From: a virus
Taxonomy: Duplodnaviria; Caudoviricetes
Strand: one strand, 5' to 3'
DNA: 63,192 nucleotides
Virus record (IMG/VR): IMGVR_UViG_3300031566_000027
Location: 1-63,192 of that record
Part shown: piece by piece, positions 25,301 to 37,300 of the stretch
Numbering within the stretch: position 1 is the first letter of the stretch
How the letters are laid out: every line of letters begins with the position of its first letter
Notes under the pieces: generated by a model
What the model was told of the DNA's origin: nothing
Database searches by the model: none
The model's input: only the letters and a program-made list of their open reading frames with translations
Translations under genes and position numbers: made by a program

Positions 25301-28300
25301 GCCGGAAAATGCTGCCGTTGTGCTTTTAACTCCTCATATTTTTTGCCGGCAACATCTTTAAAGGCCGTTTTGCCTACGCCTTTGGCCGCGGCCATTCGCT
25401 TTTTTTGCTCGGGCGTTAGGATATGGCCATACTCGATTTTTTTACCCTTGCGCGGGGGTTCTTTCTTTTGCCTAAAGGCGGGGGCGGCGCCGGCGATCGG
25501 CTCGACCGCTTTGCCCGCTTTTGCAAACTGCCTGGCATTTGCGATCAGTGCCCGGATCTCTGCATCCGATAGTTTCAACTTGATACCCGCGGCCCGGATC
25601 CACTCCCGGATAGCCCGGACCATGCGATCAAACCACCTGGATTCAATCTCTTGCTGTGCCTGGCCGGCAAACCATTCCTCGGCGGCCTGGGCGCGGCCCT
25701 CGGTGGTTTTCATATCGAGGCCCAGGGTTGCCCCGATCGCGTCAACATCTCTCTTTTTGGCGATATAAAGATCCCTTAATACCGGGTAAATCTTATTACC
25801 CAGGATGCCCCGGATCCCATGATGGCCAAACGCCTCATGCAAAAGGGTTGTGGTGGTTTCCGCGTTTGATCCTAAATTTTCAGCGATCAGATAAATCGTA
25901 TTATTATAATAGGCGCCGGCGATCAGGCCCGCGTCTTTATAATTGGCTTTAAGATAGTCCTTAACGTCCTGGGGGAGGCCCTCTTGCGTGCGGTAGATCT
26001 TAACGTACGGGGCCCCTTTAGCCCATTTCACCCGGACGGCATCAACCATTGTTTTAACCTGCTCAACCGTTTGCGGGGTCGCCGGTGCAAATTTTTTGGC
26101 CCTGGGCGCCGGAGCTCCGGCCTCGCCCTTGATGGCTGCCGGCGGTTCGGGTTCATATCGGACCTCGGCCACAATATCATTGACTCCGCTATCATCCCGG
26201 TGCACGATATGATTTTCGCCCGCCACATCTTTTCCTAAATGCCAGGTGCCCGGGCCGGCAAGGCGTTCCACCATCAACCATAGTTCGGGGGCGATGCTAT
26301 AAAAATCATTCTCTGATTTAATCCAAAACTTAGTTGCCGCTTGCGGTGCATACCGGGTGCCCTTAAAAATTGCGTGTGCCTCCTCCGCGCTATTGGCGTT
26401 CTCAACCTCATAAAGCACCTGGTTCGTTTTGGCCTCTATGATATCCCAATAACCGCCGCCCTTATCCACGGCCTCAACCTCGGCCGCGGGCTCGATCGTG
26501 TACTCCTGCGGAGGCTCGATCTCTGGCCCGGGGTCCGCCTCGAATAGCGAGGCCGGCGCCGGCGAATTGTAAGCATACCCGGGATCGAATTTTTTACGTT
26601 GCTCCCCGAAAAAGGTTTTTAAATCGAAACTACCCTCCCGGACCATAAAGGCCGGCGGATCCGTGGAAAATTGCTCTTGCTTCGGCCAGATATACCCGCC
26701 TTGCGTTTTCCACTTATCTTTTTCGGCAAAATCTTCCAGTATCGGCACCGGGGCTTTATAGTCGCGGACCGGCCTGGCGCCCTCAACCGCCATACCGGGT
26801 GTGGCCGACATTTGTGCCTCAACCTCGGCCAAATCCTTTTCGGCCTGTGCGTACTCATTCTCTTTGGGCCATTTCGATATAGCAACCTCCTCGAGGGCCG
26901 GCTTTTTGCCGTTTAATTCGGCTATTTCATCCTGGGCCTCGCCTATAATTTTATCAAGGTTTGCTATAAAATTGGTAACGGATCTGGATACGTTCCCGGT
27001 GATTTCCGGCGGGGCCGCCTTTTTTTCGCCCAGGGCATCGGACCAATCGGCAAGAGCGTATGAATTTGAAGTAACGCCGTTTTTGAGAGTCAACCATCGC
27101 CGGGCCCTATCGCCGGCGGCACTTTCGATTAAGGCCTGGGCCTTAATCGGTTTGAATTTGTATTCCTTGACCGCTTTGGTTTTGGTTTTGCCATCTTTAT
27201 CTTTTTGCTCGTTGCCATCTTTATCGAGAACCGGGCGCTCGACCTCAACCTCCTCATGGGCGCCAAAAACGAGCGTTGGTTCGCTTTTTTCCTTATCCCA
27301 CCACTTGCCATCCTTAACCGGCCGGGTTTTTTCGACCGCCGCGGCCAGGGAGTCTGCGATCTTCTTGCCGTCTTTTTTAAGCACCAGGATATCATCGGAT
27401 CCGGTAAAGCGGACGGCGGTTATCGGTTCCATGATCGCCTTACTCTTTTCCTGGGTTGCGATTCGAGATTCGAGGGTTTCGATCCGGGTCGGCATCGCCA
27501 CAAGTTGATTTTTGGCATCCCGGACCGTATTAAGAAACGAACTCCGCTCGAGGCCCAATGTCCGGACCAAATCCATTAGCTCCGACTGTTTGCGCAATAG
27601 GGGATTGCCCGAGGCGTCCGCCTCCATTTCTTTCGCGCTCATCACTTCCTCGGAGATATCCTCGATAACATCGATATTGATATCTCCGGACAGTGCGGAA
27701 TGGAGCACCTTGCCCTTTTGGAAGATTTTCCCCCACCGGTGCGCGTCCACGCTCTTTTCGGTAATATAGTTAAAGATGCGCACGCCATCTTTATCGGTGT
27801 AGATATTGCCCGAGCGGATCCCGCGGCCGTTCCTTTGCTCCCAGGCCGAATAGTTCCACCAAACATCTAAATGGTGGATATCTGAAACGCGCTTTTGAAC
27901 ATTAACCCCGGTTCCGGCCTTTGTGGTGGATCCGATCAGCACCCGGACCTCGCCGGCGTTTACTTTTTTAAATAGGCGCCTGAGATTAATCGCCTTTTTC
28001 TCTTTATTTGAATGATCGGCATCGTGGATAAATGCAATTTGATTCTTAGGGATCCCTAATTTTATCAATTCATCTTTGAGGCCGTCATAGGTATTGAACC
28101 CAAGGCCCGAGTTTTCAAATGCGAACAGATCGTCTTCATACTCTTGCCTTTTTTCATCGCTCATGTTTTCGATCTGTTCATCTGTTTTGTACTTAAATGC
28201 TTTTAAATACCGGCCGGGCACGCCCATATCGGCAAACACCAGTTGAACGCCCTTGTCTTTTTTTTCTGCTTTCCATCGCTCGAAAATTTTACGCGAGGCT

Positions 28301-31300
28301 ACATAGATCTTAGAGTCCTTTTGCATTTTTGTGTTTGCATAAGGCCCCGGGGCCGGAATCCAAGTATCAGTTTTTGGATCCCACTTTTTACTATTTAACA
28401 ATCGCTGATCGATGGCAACCATGCTCATGTTTGAAATGATGCGCAACATATTATCCGGGCGGCCCTCGTATTCGGCATTTTTAGGATCCTGCTCTATCGC
28501 CTCGACTCGATCCCTCACCACGTTTTCAAAATAATCGATAACGTATTTATTGGGTTGGATGGTCATTCCGATTGGTTTCCCGCCATAAACTACTGGCCGG
28601 GCGATATCGGTATCCTCGGCTCGCACGCTATCGATGTTCTGAAATGCGGTTGCAAGCAAACGGCCGGCGTTCACGATACGCCTATTGGTTGTTACCGTTT
28701 TAAATTTCTGACCGGCGCCATCCCATTCAAGTTGGGCCCCGATATCTCCATAATTGGCAATCCATCTATCAAACCGCCATTGGCCCTGCCGTTTTGCCTC
28801 GTCTGGTTGCAGCGCCCTTTGCAGGTTGTAAAATTCAGCGATCGAGTTGGTGAGGGGGGTTCCGGAGGCCAATACGATGCCGTCCTTTTTCGCCTGAGTA
28901 GCATTTAACCATTGTGCTTTCCGGAAAAAGGCCTGGGCGGTCTTGCTGCCGGCGGGGTTTAGCCCGGTAATTCGATTAAGGCTTGTCGAAAACGGGATAT
29001 TTTTATAGGCGTGTGCTTCATCGACTATCATCAAATCCACGCCGATATCGTCAAAGTAAATTTCCTGGGCCTCTTTTGCCTCTGCAAAAGTTCCGGGAGC
29101 CTTTAACTTGGCCTCTAAGGCCAGGATCCGACCTTGAATATCTTGCTCTATGATCCGGGATCCGGCCGCCTTTGCCTCCTCGAGGACTTCCCGCAACTCC
29201 ATCAATTCCTCATCGATAAAGGTTTTTTCAGCCTCGGGGGATAAGGCGATCCGGTTTAGATCCTGCTGCCGCATGATGGCGATATCAAAATCGTTTAGCG
29301 CCATCTTTTGAAGTTGTTTCCGAGCTCGCTCTTTTACGGTGGATACCTGGATCGGCATTACGTTTGCCAGGGGGTAAAGCCTTTTAATTTCCTCAACAGC
29401 CTGGCCCATCGTGGAGTCGTTCAACGTAACGTAAAGAACCTTTTTCTTGCCCTTTAACCGTTTCGCCTCCATGCCGATCATGGCCATTGTCAAGGTTTTG
29501 CCGGCGCCGACCTCATGCGCAAGATAGAGATTGCCATTTCTTAAATACTGCCATACGGCGTTTACCTGATGATCGTAAAAAACCATCTTATCATCAACGC
29601 CCAACTCTTTAGCCTCGGCGGCCGTCAATACCTCCATGCTCTTGCCGGGAAATGTTAAATGGGCGCCATCATAGTGCGACCGAGTTGAGGTATTAACGAT
29701 ATCGTTAAAGCGGACCTGGGCCTCCTCGGCGCGGGCAGGATCGGCAAACAGCCACCGGTTAAATTCCGCCTGGATCTCTTGTAGCTTGGCCACGGCGCCG
29801 GCCGTTGCCACTTCATCAACATAGACTTTCTTATCCACTTTATAGGTGACAACCGGCACTTTGCCCGCCAGGGCATCGGCCATCAACTTAAAAAAGCTCG
29901 CCCTGGGAGTGCCCCAAACAGACTTGGCCTCAACGCTAGTCTTGTACTTCTCGATATCGCGTCTAGTTTGGGCCTTGCTGCCGCCATATCTCGGGCCGTT
30001 AAAGGTAAGATTCCAGATCCCGGTGAATGGATTTAATTCTAAAACAGGCCGGAGCTCGTTACCAATTTTCAGCTTTTCTTTTATGAAATCCGCGATATGT
30101 GCGCCCTTTAACCAGGACGCGCCAATTCGCGCCGTTATTCGGTGCGCGGGGATATCATCAGGCAAGGCGGCCTCTAATAGCTTTACGTTCCGCTCATATT
30201 CCGGATTATCAGCGGCCATGGATCTGGCCACTTTCAACTTTCGCCGCACGTTGCCGGCCAGGTATTCATCCATCGTTTCAAGGATCCCGGTTTCCGGGTT
30301 CTCGATAACTTTATCGAGCACGCCTTTTAATACGGTATCCGGATCGGTGCCCCGGAGCTTGGCCATGTAATCAAGGTTTGGATATCCAAATTCATCCAAG
30401 GCCATGCTTAGGGCGTCATGGTCGGTGTTCGCAAAATCGGGCCGCTTTTCGGTTCCTACAATCTTTTTGGTGAATAGGTCCGCGAGTTTTGTGACTTTTT
30501 CGGTATCGGGATCATAGGTTTCGAGGGTTGTAACCCACGCGGCATCAGTGAGGGATACATAAATTTTAAGGTTTTTAGGATCATTCAGAGGGCCAAACTT
30601 TTTTACAAATTGATTGTAGGCCTTTTTTAATTCTTTCTGTTCGGCCTTGATCTCTGCCTCGGGCAGGTTTTGCTTTTGCGCTCTTAAAGTCGCCCGCACC
30701 TGGTCCAGGATCTTAATGTATTGCCGGCCAAGTTTATTAGCCCTCATTTCAGCGGGCGTGGTGTTCGGCCACACTTCCTCCTGGCCGTCCACCTTTTCTG
30801 AAACCTGGTCCTTATCGTTTAGATAAAGCCCGCCCTCTTTTACCGTTCCGGGTGCAGATATTATATCATCGAGGGATAGATCCGCTTTTACGACCTCGGT
30901 TTCAACTATGCCCACCGGGAACGCCGCGGCCTTTTCGGCCAGGGTCCGGGCGATATTATCATCGATTTTAACAACGCGCAGTTTATCAGCGCCCCATCGA
31001 TCCTGTACTTTTTCAAGGCTGCCGGCGATCATATCCGGGTGCTTGATAAAGTAATCGTTGTAAATAATATCGTTGCCCTCATCGACCGCCTGGGCGGTCC
31101 AAATATCGGGCTCAATCCCTTTAAATTCGCTGCCCTCAATGTTTTTACGGAATACCAGGATATCGGTAACAACTCCGGTGGCGCTGTAAATGGCCGATGG
31201 CAGGCGGATGGCGCCAACAAATTCGGCCTTTTGGGAAAATTCCTGTAAATGGCCGCCGCCCTTATCCATCGTGTTCGAGGTGGTTATGGCCATCGCCAAA

Positions 31301-34300
31301 CCGCCCGGGGAGGTAAGATCGAGCATTTTATTAAGGTAATAGTTATGGAGTTTGTGCCCGGCCTTGTTATGTTTCGTATCGGACGGCGAATAGTTAGCAA
31401 ACGGCACATTTGTTATGGTGAGATTGTATCGATTCAGGGGCTTTTTAGAATCCTCAAACCCCTGATGTTCGATAGAGGCTTTTTCGTATAGAGCTCGGGC
31501 GATCCGGGATGAAAGGCCATCCTTTTCAACACCCTGGACGGAAACGCTTTCCGCTAATTCATCTGGCATCGTACCGGTGAAAACGCCGTTTGCCCCAAAG
31601 GCCGGGTCTAAAACCTGGCCGCCGGTGAATCCTAACCGTTGTGCCAGTTTCCACATAAACCGCGCAACCGGCACCGGTGTATAATAAGACGATACGGAGG
31701 ATTTTTCTGCATCCGAAAGCTCCTCATCGGTCATTTCTGCCCTAACCAGTTCGGCGCGGACCGCCCAGGCATCTTTAGGACTCCACGCAAACAGTTCTGA
31801 CATACCGCCCCAACCAGTATAGCCGGCCAGGATATCTTTTTCTTTTTGGGTTGCGGATCGTTGCTCCGCCTCGACTTGATTTAATACTTTGAGTGCTGCA
31901 AGATTGGCATTAAAGCGGTCATTTACATTTGATGCAGAATTAAGCGATTCATCAGTTATTCGGTAGTTTCCGGGGGTAGCAGGATATGCTCCTGTATCAC
32001 TATCTCCCTCGCCGCCATCGGTTTCACCCCTCTCCTTACCAGGTCGGCCATCGCCTCCTCCGCTTTCCCCACGCTCTCCCTGATCTCCTGGTTCAACCTC
32101 CCCCGCCTCTCCAACCCCTTGACCAGGGCGGGTAGGTATTTCGTCCAGTGCGTCCTCGCCAGTTTCTCCCAACTCAGATTCATCTTGGGCCCCCTCTTGA
32201 ATGTAAGTGGCGGTATCACCGTCATAAATGAAATTTGTGAGCTTATAGCCAATTATATCATCGGGGTGCAACATTGTCAAGTATCCGACCGCCCCGGCTC
32301 CCCCTTGCCCCTCCTCTTTATAGGATTTATCATAGGCAGAATATCCATCCGGTTGCATCATCGGCCCCAGGCCGGTAGCGTCATATCGATACCAGTAATA
32401 GCCGTCCGGGGATTGCTCTGAGGACCAAATTGCTTTATACCGCTCCTCGATCTGATCCAATAAGGCTTGTTTTTCCTGTTCTAACCTCTCCGCCTGTATG
32501 GTTTCAAAGTCGACATAATCATCTTTCATGCTCGGGTTGCCGTCCGCATCCCACTGAACGCCATCGAGGAAATGCGAAATCTTTTCGGCAAATTCCTCGC
32601 GTTCCTGGCCGGCAGGATAAACAAGATGAGATCCTACAACGCCGGCGCCGCCGATCCGGCCGGCCTCCACGAAATCATTTACAAGATAATTGTTTGTGCC
32701 GGGCAGGGTATCATAAACCCAGGCCTCGAACGCTCGCGCCCACATTTCCTCGCGGCGGGCGGTATATACGGGGTCCAGGGCCAACGCCGTTTTATAATAA
32801 TCGGTCCGTTTTTTAACCGCGTCCTTGTATCGCCTGGATACTTCCTCTTTTATAAAATCAAGCCTGGTTTGCCCTTTTTTAAGCACCAGGCGTTTCATAA
32901 ATCCACTTTCCGGATCCATGATCTCATCGGCCAAACGCGGCCCGGCCTCCCAATCGTACCGGTCCATAAAGGCATCAATCAGACTTTCGAGCTTGGTTTC
33001 AACGTCTGAGGGCGCCTGCGCGTGGAAACCGTGACTCCATTCATGCGCAAGGGTGCCATCGCCATTATCCCGGGTAAAGTTGATGGTCCGTAGATCCGGG
33101 AAATAAGCGGCTGCCGCGCCCTTGGCTTTGTGCCCCAGGTTAGCAAATTGGATGGCCAGGCCATTTGCCAGGCCCATCGCTTTATCGGTTCCCGTTTGGA
33201 TCACCGCGGCCAGATCCTTAAAGGCATCAAAGGCGGCGTTTACTACCCGGTGGCGTTCTGCCTGATCAATCCATCCGGCAGTACCAAAACCCACGCCGCT
33301 AAAGCCAAACGGATCCTTTAACTCCTCGGTTTTTGTCAGTGGTTGACCTTTGCGGTAATCCGGCAAGCCGGTTCTGATAACCTCTTTATTCTTTTCCCGG
33401 TTGTGGATATCGATCTCGGAAAGCAGGATATCGTTTTCCTGGGCGAGATACTTTTGCCATCGCTCGGTTAAAAACTCGTAAAGGGTCTTTTGGTAGCGAT
33501 TGACGATAAATTCCTGGTTCCACAATTCGGCGTTAAGCAGATTCTTATCAATGTCGTAAAAATCCGGGTAAACACCATCACCCATGACGCCCGGAGGAAT
33601 AAATAGCCGCTGTAAATCTCCAACTGCATCCATTATGGTTAGTTTGTTAGAAAAAGTGTTGACCACCTTTTCCATGTGTTTGCCGTATTGAGTGGCCAGG
33701 TCTTGCAGTTCGCTAATCTCATGGCCGGCATCTAACCAGTTTTGCACTCGGGTTTCCCACTTTTTCTCGCTGCGATAACTGTGGCTCCCGAGTGACGCCT
33801 CGCGCTCAACGTAGTCCTTAAAGGTGGCAAACATCTTTTTTGCCGCGTTTCTGAACCGCGGCAGGCCATAAGAGGCGCCCTCTGGAAAATCAATATTCCA
33901 GATATTAGCAGGGGCCATCTTATCACCGATAATCTTAATCTGAGTTTTGGGCGGTTTGCCCTGGATCCCCCTGGCTAAATCCTCCGGATCGTACACATAG
34001 CCCACGTTTTGAAAATTACCCAGGGCCTTTTTTGCCGCGGCGATGGCCGCCTTAGTTTCTTGAATGAATCGCCTGAGATATGGCTTTATTCCGTTGCCAA
34101 ACCGTTCAACAAAGAAATTGAAAAATTCTTTTAAGGATTTTCCGGCCGACTTCATGTGTTCATAGGCCGATTGGAATTTGGGTTTTGCCTTTGCGTAGGT
34201 ATCTTCATCAAAGGTGACGCCCATTGATAGCTTGGTAGTTCCACCGAAAAGATCATAAAGACCGGATAGGGCATCCTCGGCGCCGGCTAAACCCTCGGCC

Positions 34301-37300
34301 GCCCCCTCTTGTATAATCTCGGATAATGGTTTGGCCGGTTTGGGTTCCTTTGCCTTGCGCGGGGCCCGCTCTTTTGGCGGAGCTTTCGGGCCCTTGGTCG
34401 GCTTTTCAGCCCCGGTTAAATTATCGATCTCTGTTTTTGCATCGGCTAAAGATTTGGTGTTAATAATCCGGGCGTTATCTTTTGATACTATAAATTCACC
34501 GGAGGTCAATGACGCTGTAATTAAATATCCTTTATATGCGGTTGTATCCCCGGGCTTTAATTCGGCTTTCGGCGCCGCCGGTTCTTCCTCGCCGGTTTCA
34601 TCGAGCATTTTATCAATTTCTTCATCGGTAAGGTTTTCGATCTCGGCCTCTATATCGGGCGGCGGGGGCGGGGGGCCTGGCATTACAAACTCGCCGCCAT
34701 CTAAACCCCGGAGCTCATCGAGCTCAACTTTAGCGCGTTCCGGCGTTCCGCTAACCGTATGGGCCCAATATTTACCCTTATCCTTGCCCCGCTTAATCGG
34801 CTTAACGTCCGAGATATCAACCCAATCGCCCTTGATTTTTGCCTGGCCGATAGCTGCCGGCTTTGGTTCCTCATCGGCGGGCGGGGCCCCGGCCTCTGCT
34901 ATTCGTTCCTCGTCTGGTGTCGGCCTGTCATATTCCCATACACCATAAGGCCCAAAATCCTGGGCCGTTACAGTGTCTTTTGTTGTTTCAACTTGATCCT
35001 CTCTTTTGGCTATTTCGGCGGCCTCGTCTGCGTCTATATATCGGCCGGTGCTTGTAACAAATCCCCTGTGCACATCTTCATATTTACCCTTATACCCTCG
35101 ATCTTCGGCCTCTACCATGGCCGAGGGGTGGCTAGTTGACTCGATTATGGTGCCATCTGGCAATCGAATTGCCGCCGCCATAATTTTCTCAACCTCTGCC
35201 GGTGCCTCTTTTTTGGCCTTTTTCCTGGCACCCTTTTCGCCCTTTCCGGTGCTTTCCAGGGGCGCTGCGGGTGCTGCCGCCGGTGCTAACGCCGGGTGAT
35301 CCTCGTACTCTTTATAAAATTCGATCTCATTCTCCCGGGCCTCCGGAACCACTGCTAATTCGTGAACTAACTCCCAGGTCAAATCCGCACCCTCAATATC
35401 GTGATTATTGGGGGCGGTATAATACCGGCCATCGTCCAGGGGATAAACCATCTTGCCGGCGAAATCTCCAACTCCATCGGTTACGGCGGTGGTATCGAGT
35501 TCCTTTTCGGGCAACCTTTCATAATCAAGGTGGTCGGATAAGAAATCTCTAATGCTTTTGGCACTTCCCTCCTCGAACGTCCTGCCGTGATATTCGGCCT
35601 CTCCGATATCGGTTTCGGCGTCCACCTGGGCGGCGGCGCCTCCGAGCTCCGCCTCCATATCCGCCGGCATATCGCCCTCCATCGGGCCTCCGATGAGGGT
35701 TTCGTATTTGGTTTGATCGAGCTTGGCCCTGGTGAATTTATCAAGGCGGTCAAATTGTTCGCGGATCTCGGGAACATCATCAACATAAAAGTATTTTTCA
35801 ATCCACTTTTCGAGCATTTCCCGTTTGGTGGCCAGGTCGGCGGTATATTGCAGATCCGGGAATCCGACCATAACGGAAACATCATCAAAGTATTGAGCGA
35901 GGATTTTCTTTAATCCGCGATCGTGCCCCTCTAAGATCGCTCGGTTTTCCTCGGTGGGCGCCCCCGGGGGCATGGTTACAGGTTTCGCTTTTTTGGCCTT
36001 TTTGCGAGCACCCTTTTCGCCCTTGCCGGTGCTTTCGAGAGGCTTGACCGTTTCGCCTGTTTTCTCTTTTTCCCATTCAACCGCCCGGCGGATAAGGTCA
36101 ACCCGGTCCATTTCCGGCCGGATCTGCTCCTCGGATAGGCTTAGAATATCATGGAAAACCTTGAAATCGAGATCATCCTCGATGGCCCATTCGCCCTGTT
36201 GCCTGGCAGCATCCACCGCCTCACCCAGGGCGCCACTTTCAACCCTGGTTATAAACTCATCGACAAACCCATCGGGCATCCCTTGATCTTTGGCGATCGC
36301 CCGGATCTGGTCCTCGGTGAGGGTGCCAGGCATTTCGGTATATTCATCACCCATTCGATCGGTATAATCCGGGGCGATATCCTGATACTGCTCGAGGGGC
36401 AATAAGGCGCCCTCATTGGCTTTTTGGGCCGCCCTGGCGGAATAAATCTCCGGCTTTAAGGTTCGGCCGGCCTGGGATCTCAGGCGATTGGCGTCCGCGA
36501 TAATTTCAACGCTCGGGGATAGGCGCCGCAATTCATCCACCATTTCCTGAAATTGCTTTCTTTTCGGGCTTATGCCTAACAGGTGGACCGTTTTAGGCGG
36601 GTTTTCATGCTTAAAAATATCCTCATATTCGGAGGGTTGGATCGGTTGCTTATTCGAGGGAAACCCGGCGATAGCCCGATCGAGGTTCTCCGGATCCATA
36701 ACCTTTTGCATGGATCCCCAAACACCGCGCAAACCTGGCTCATAATCATCGGCCGGCCGGTGCACTGGCAGTATGATCCGGGTTCCCAGGGCGGCGATCT
36801 CGTTAATCTCCTTGCGGTATTTCTCGGCCATCGTGTACGACTTAACAGGATCCCCAATAACATCGGGCGCCACCACCACCAGGTTTTTAGCACCCTCGCC
36901 GGCCGCTTTTGCGATCCGCAAGTAATTTTTGAGGACCGCCGGCCAATTAACCTCGCTACCGTTCATAAAGGCGCCAAACGCCCCGGAATCGATAAAAACC
37001 TGGCCGCCATCCTTTAAATACTGGATCAACTCTTTTTCGCCGTTTTTCGAGAGCTCCGCGATCTCAACGCCGATCGGAACGCCGGCCGCAATATGACCTT
37101 TCATATCTGAGATCCGGCTCGCGCCGCTATAATAATTTGTTACCTCTTTCGGTATCGGGAGGCCACTTTCAACCGTCCGCACCGGGGCGATCCTTGGGCC
37201 GCCCTCGGGCTCAACCTTTTTCTTAGGTGGCAACGTGGATGGCATCGTCCGGACCGGTGCACGCCTGCCGCCGCCCTCGGGTTCCACGGCGGGTTTTTTA

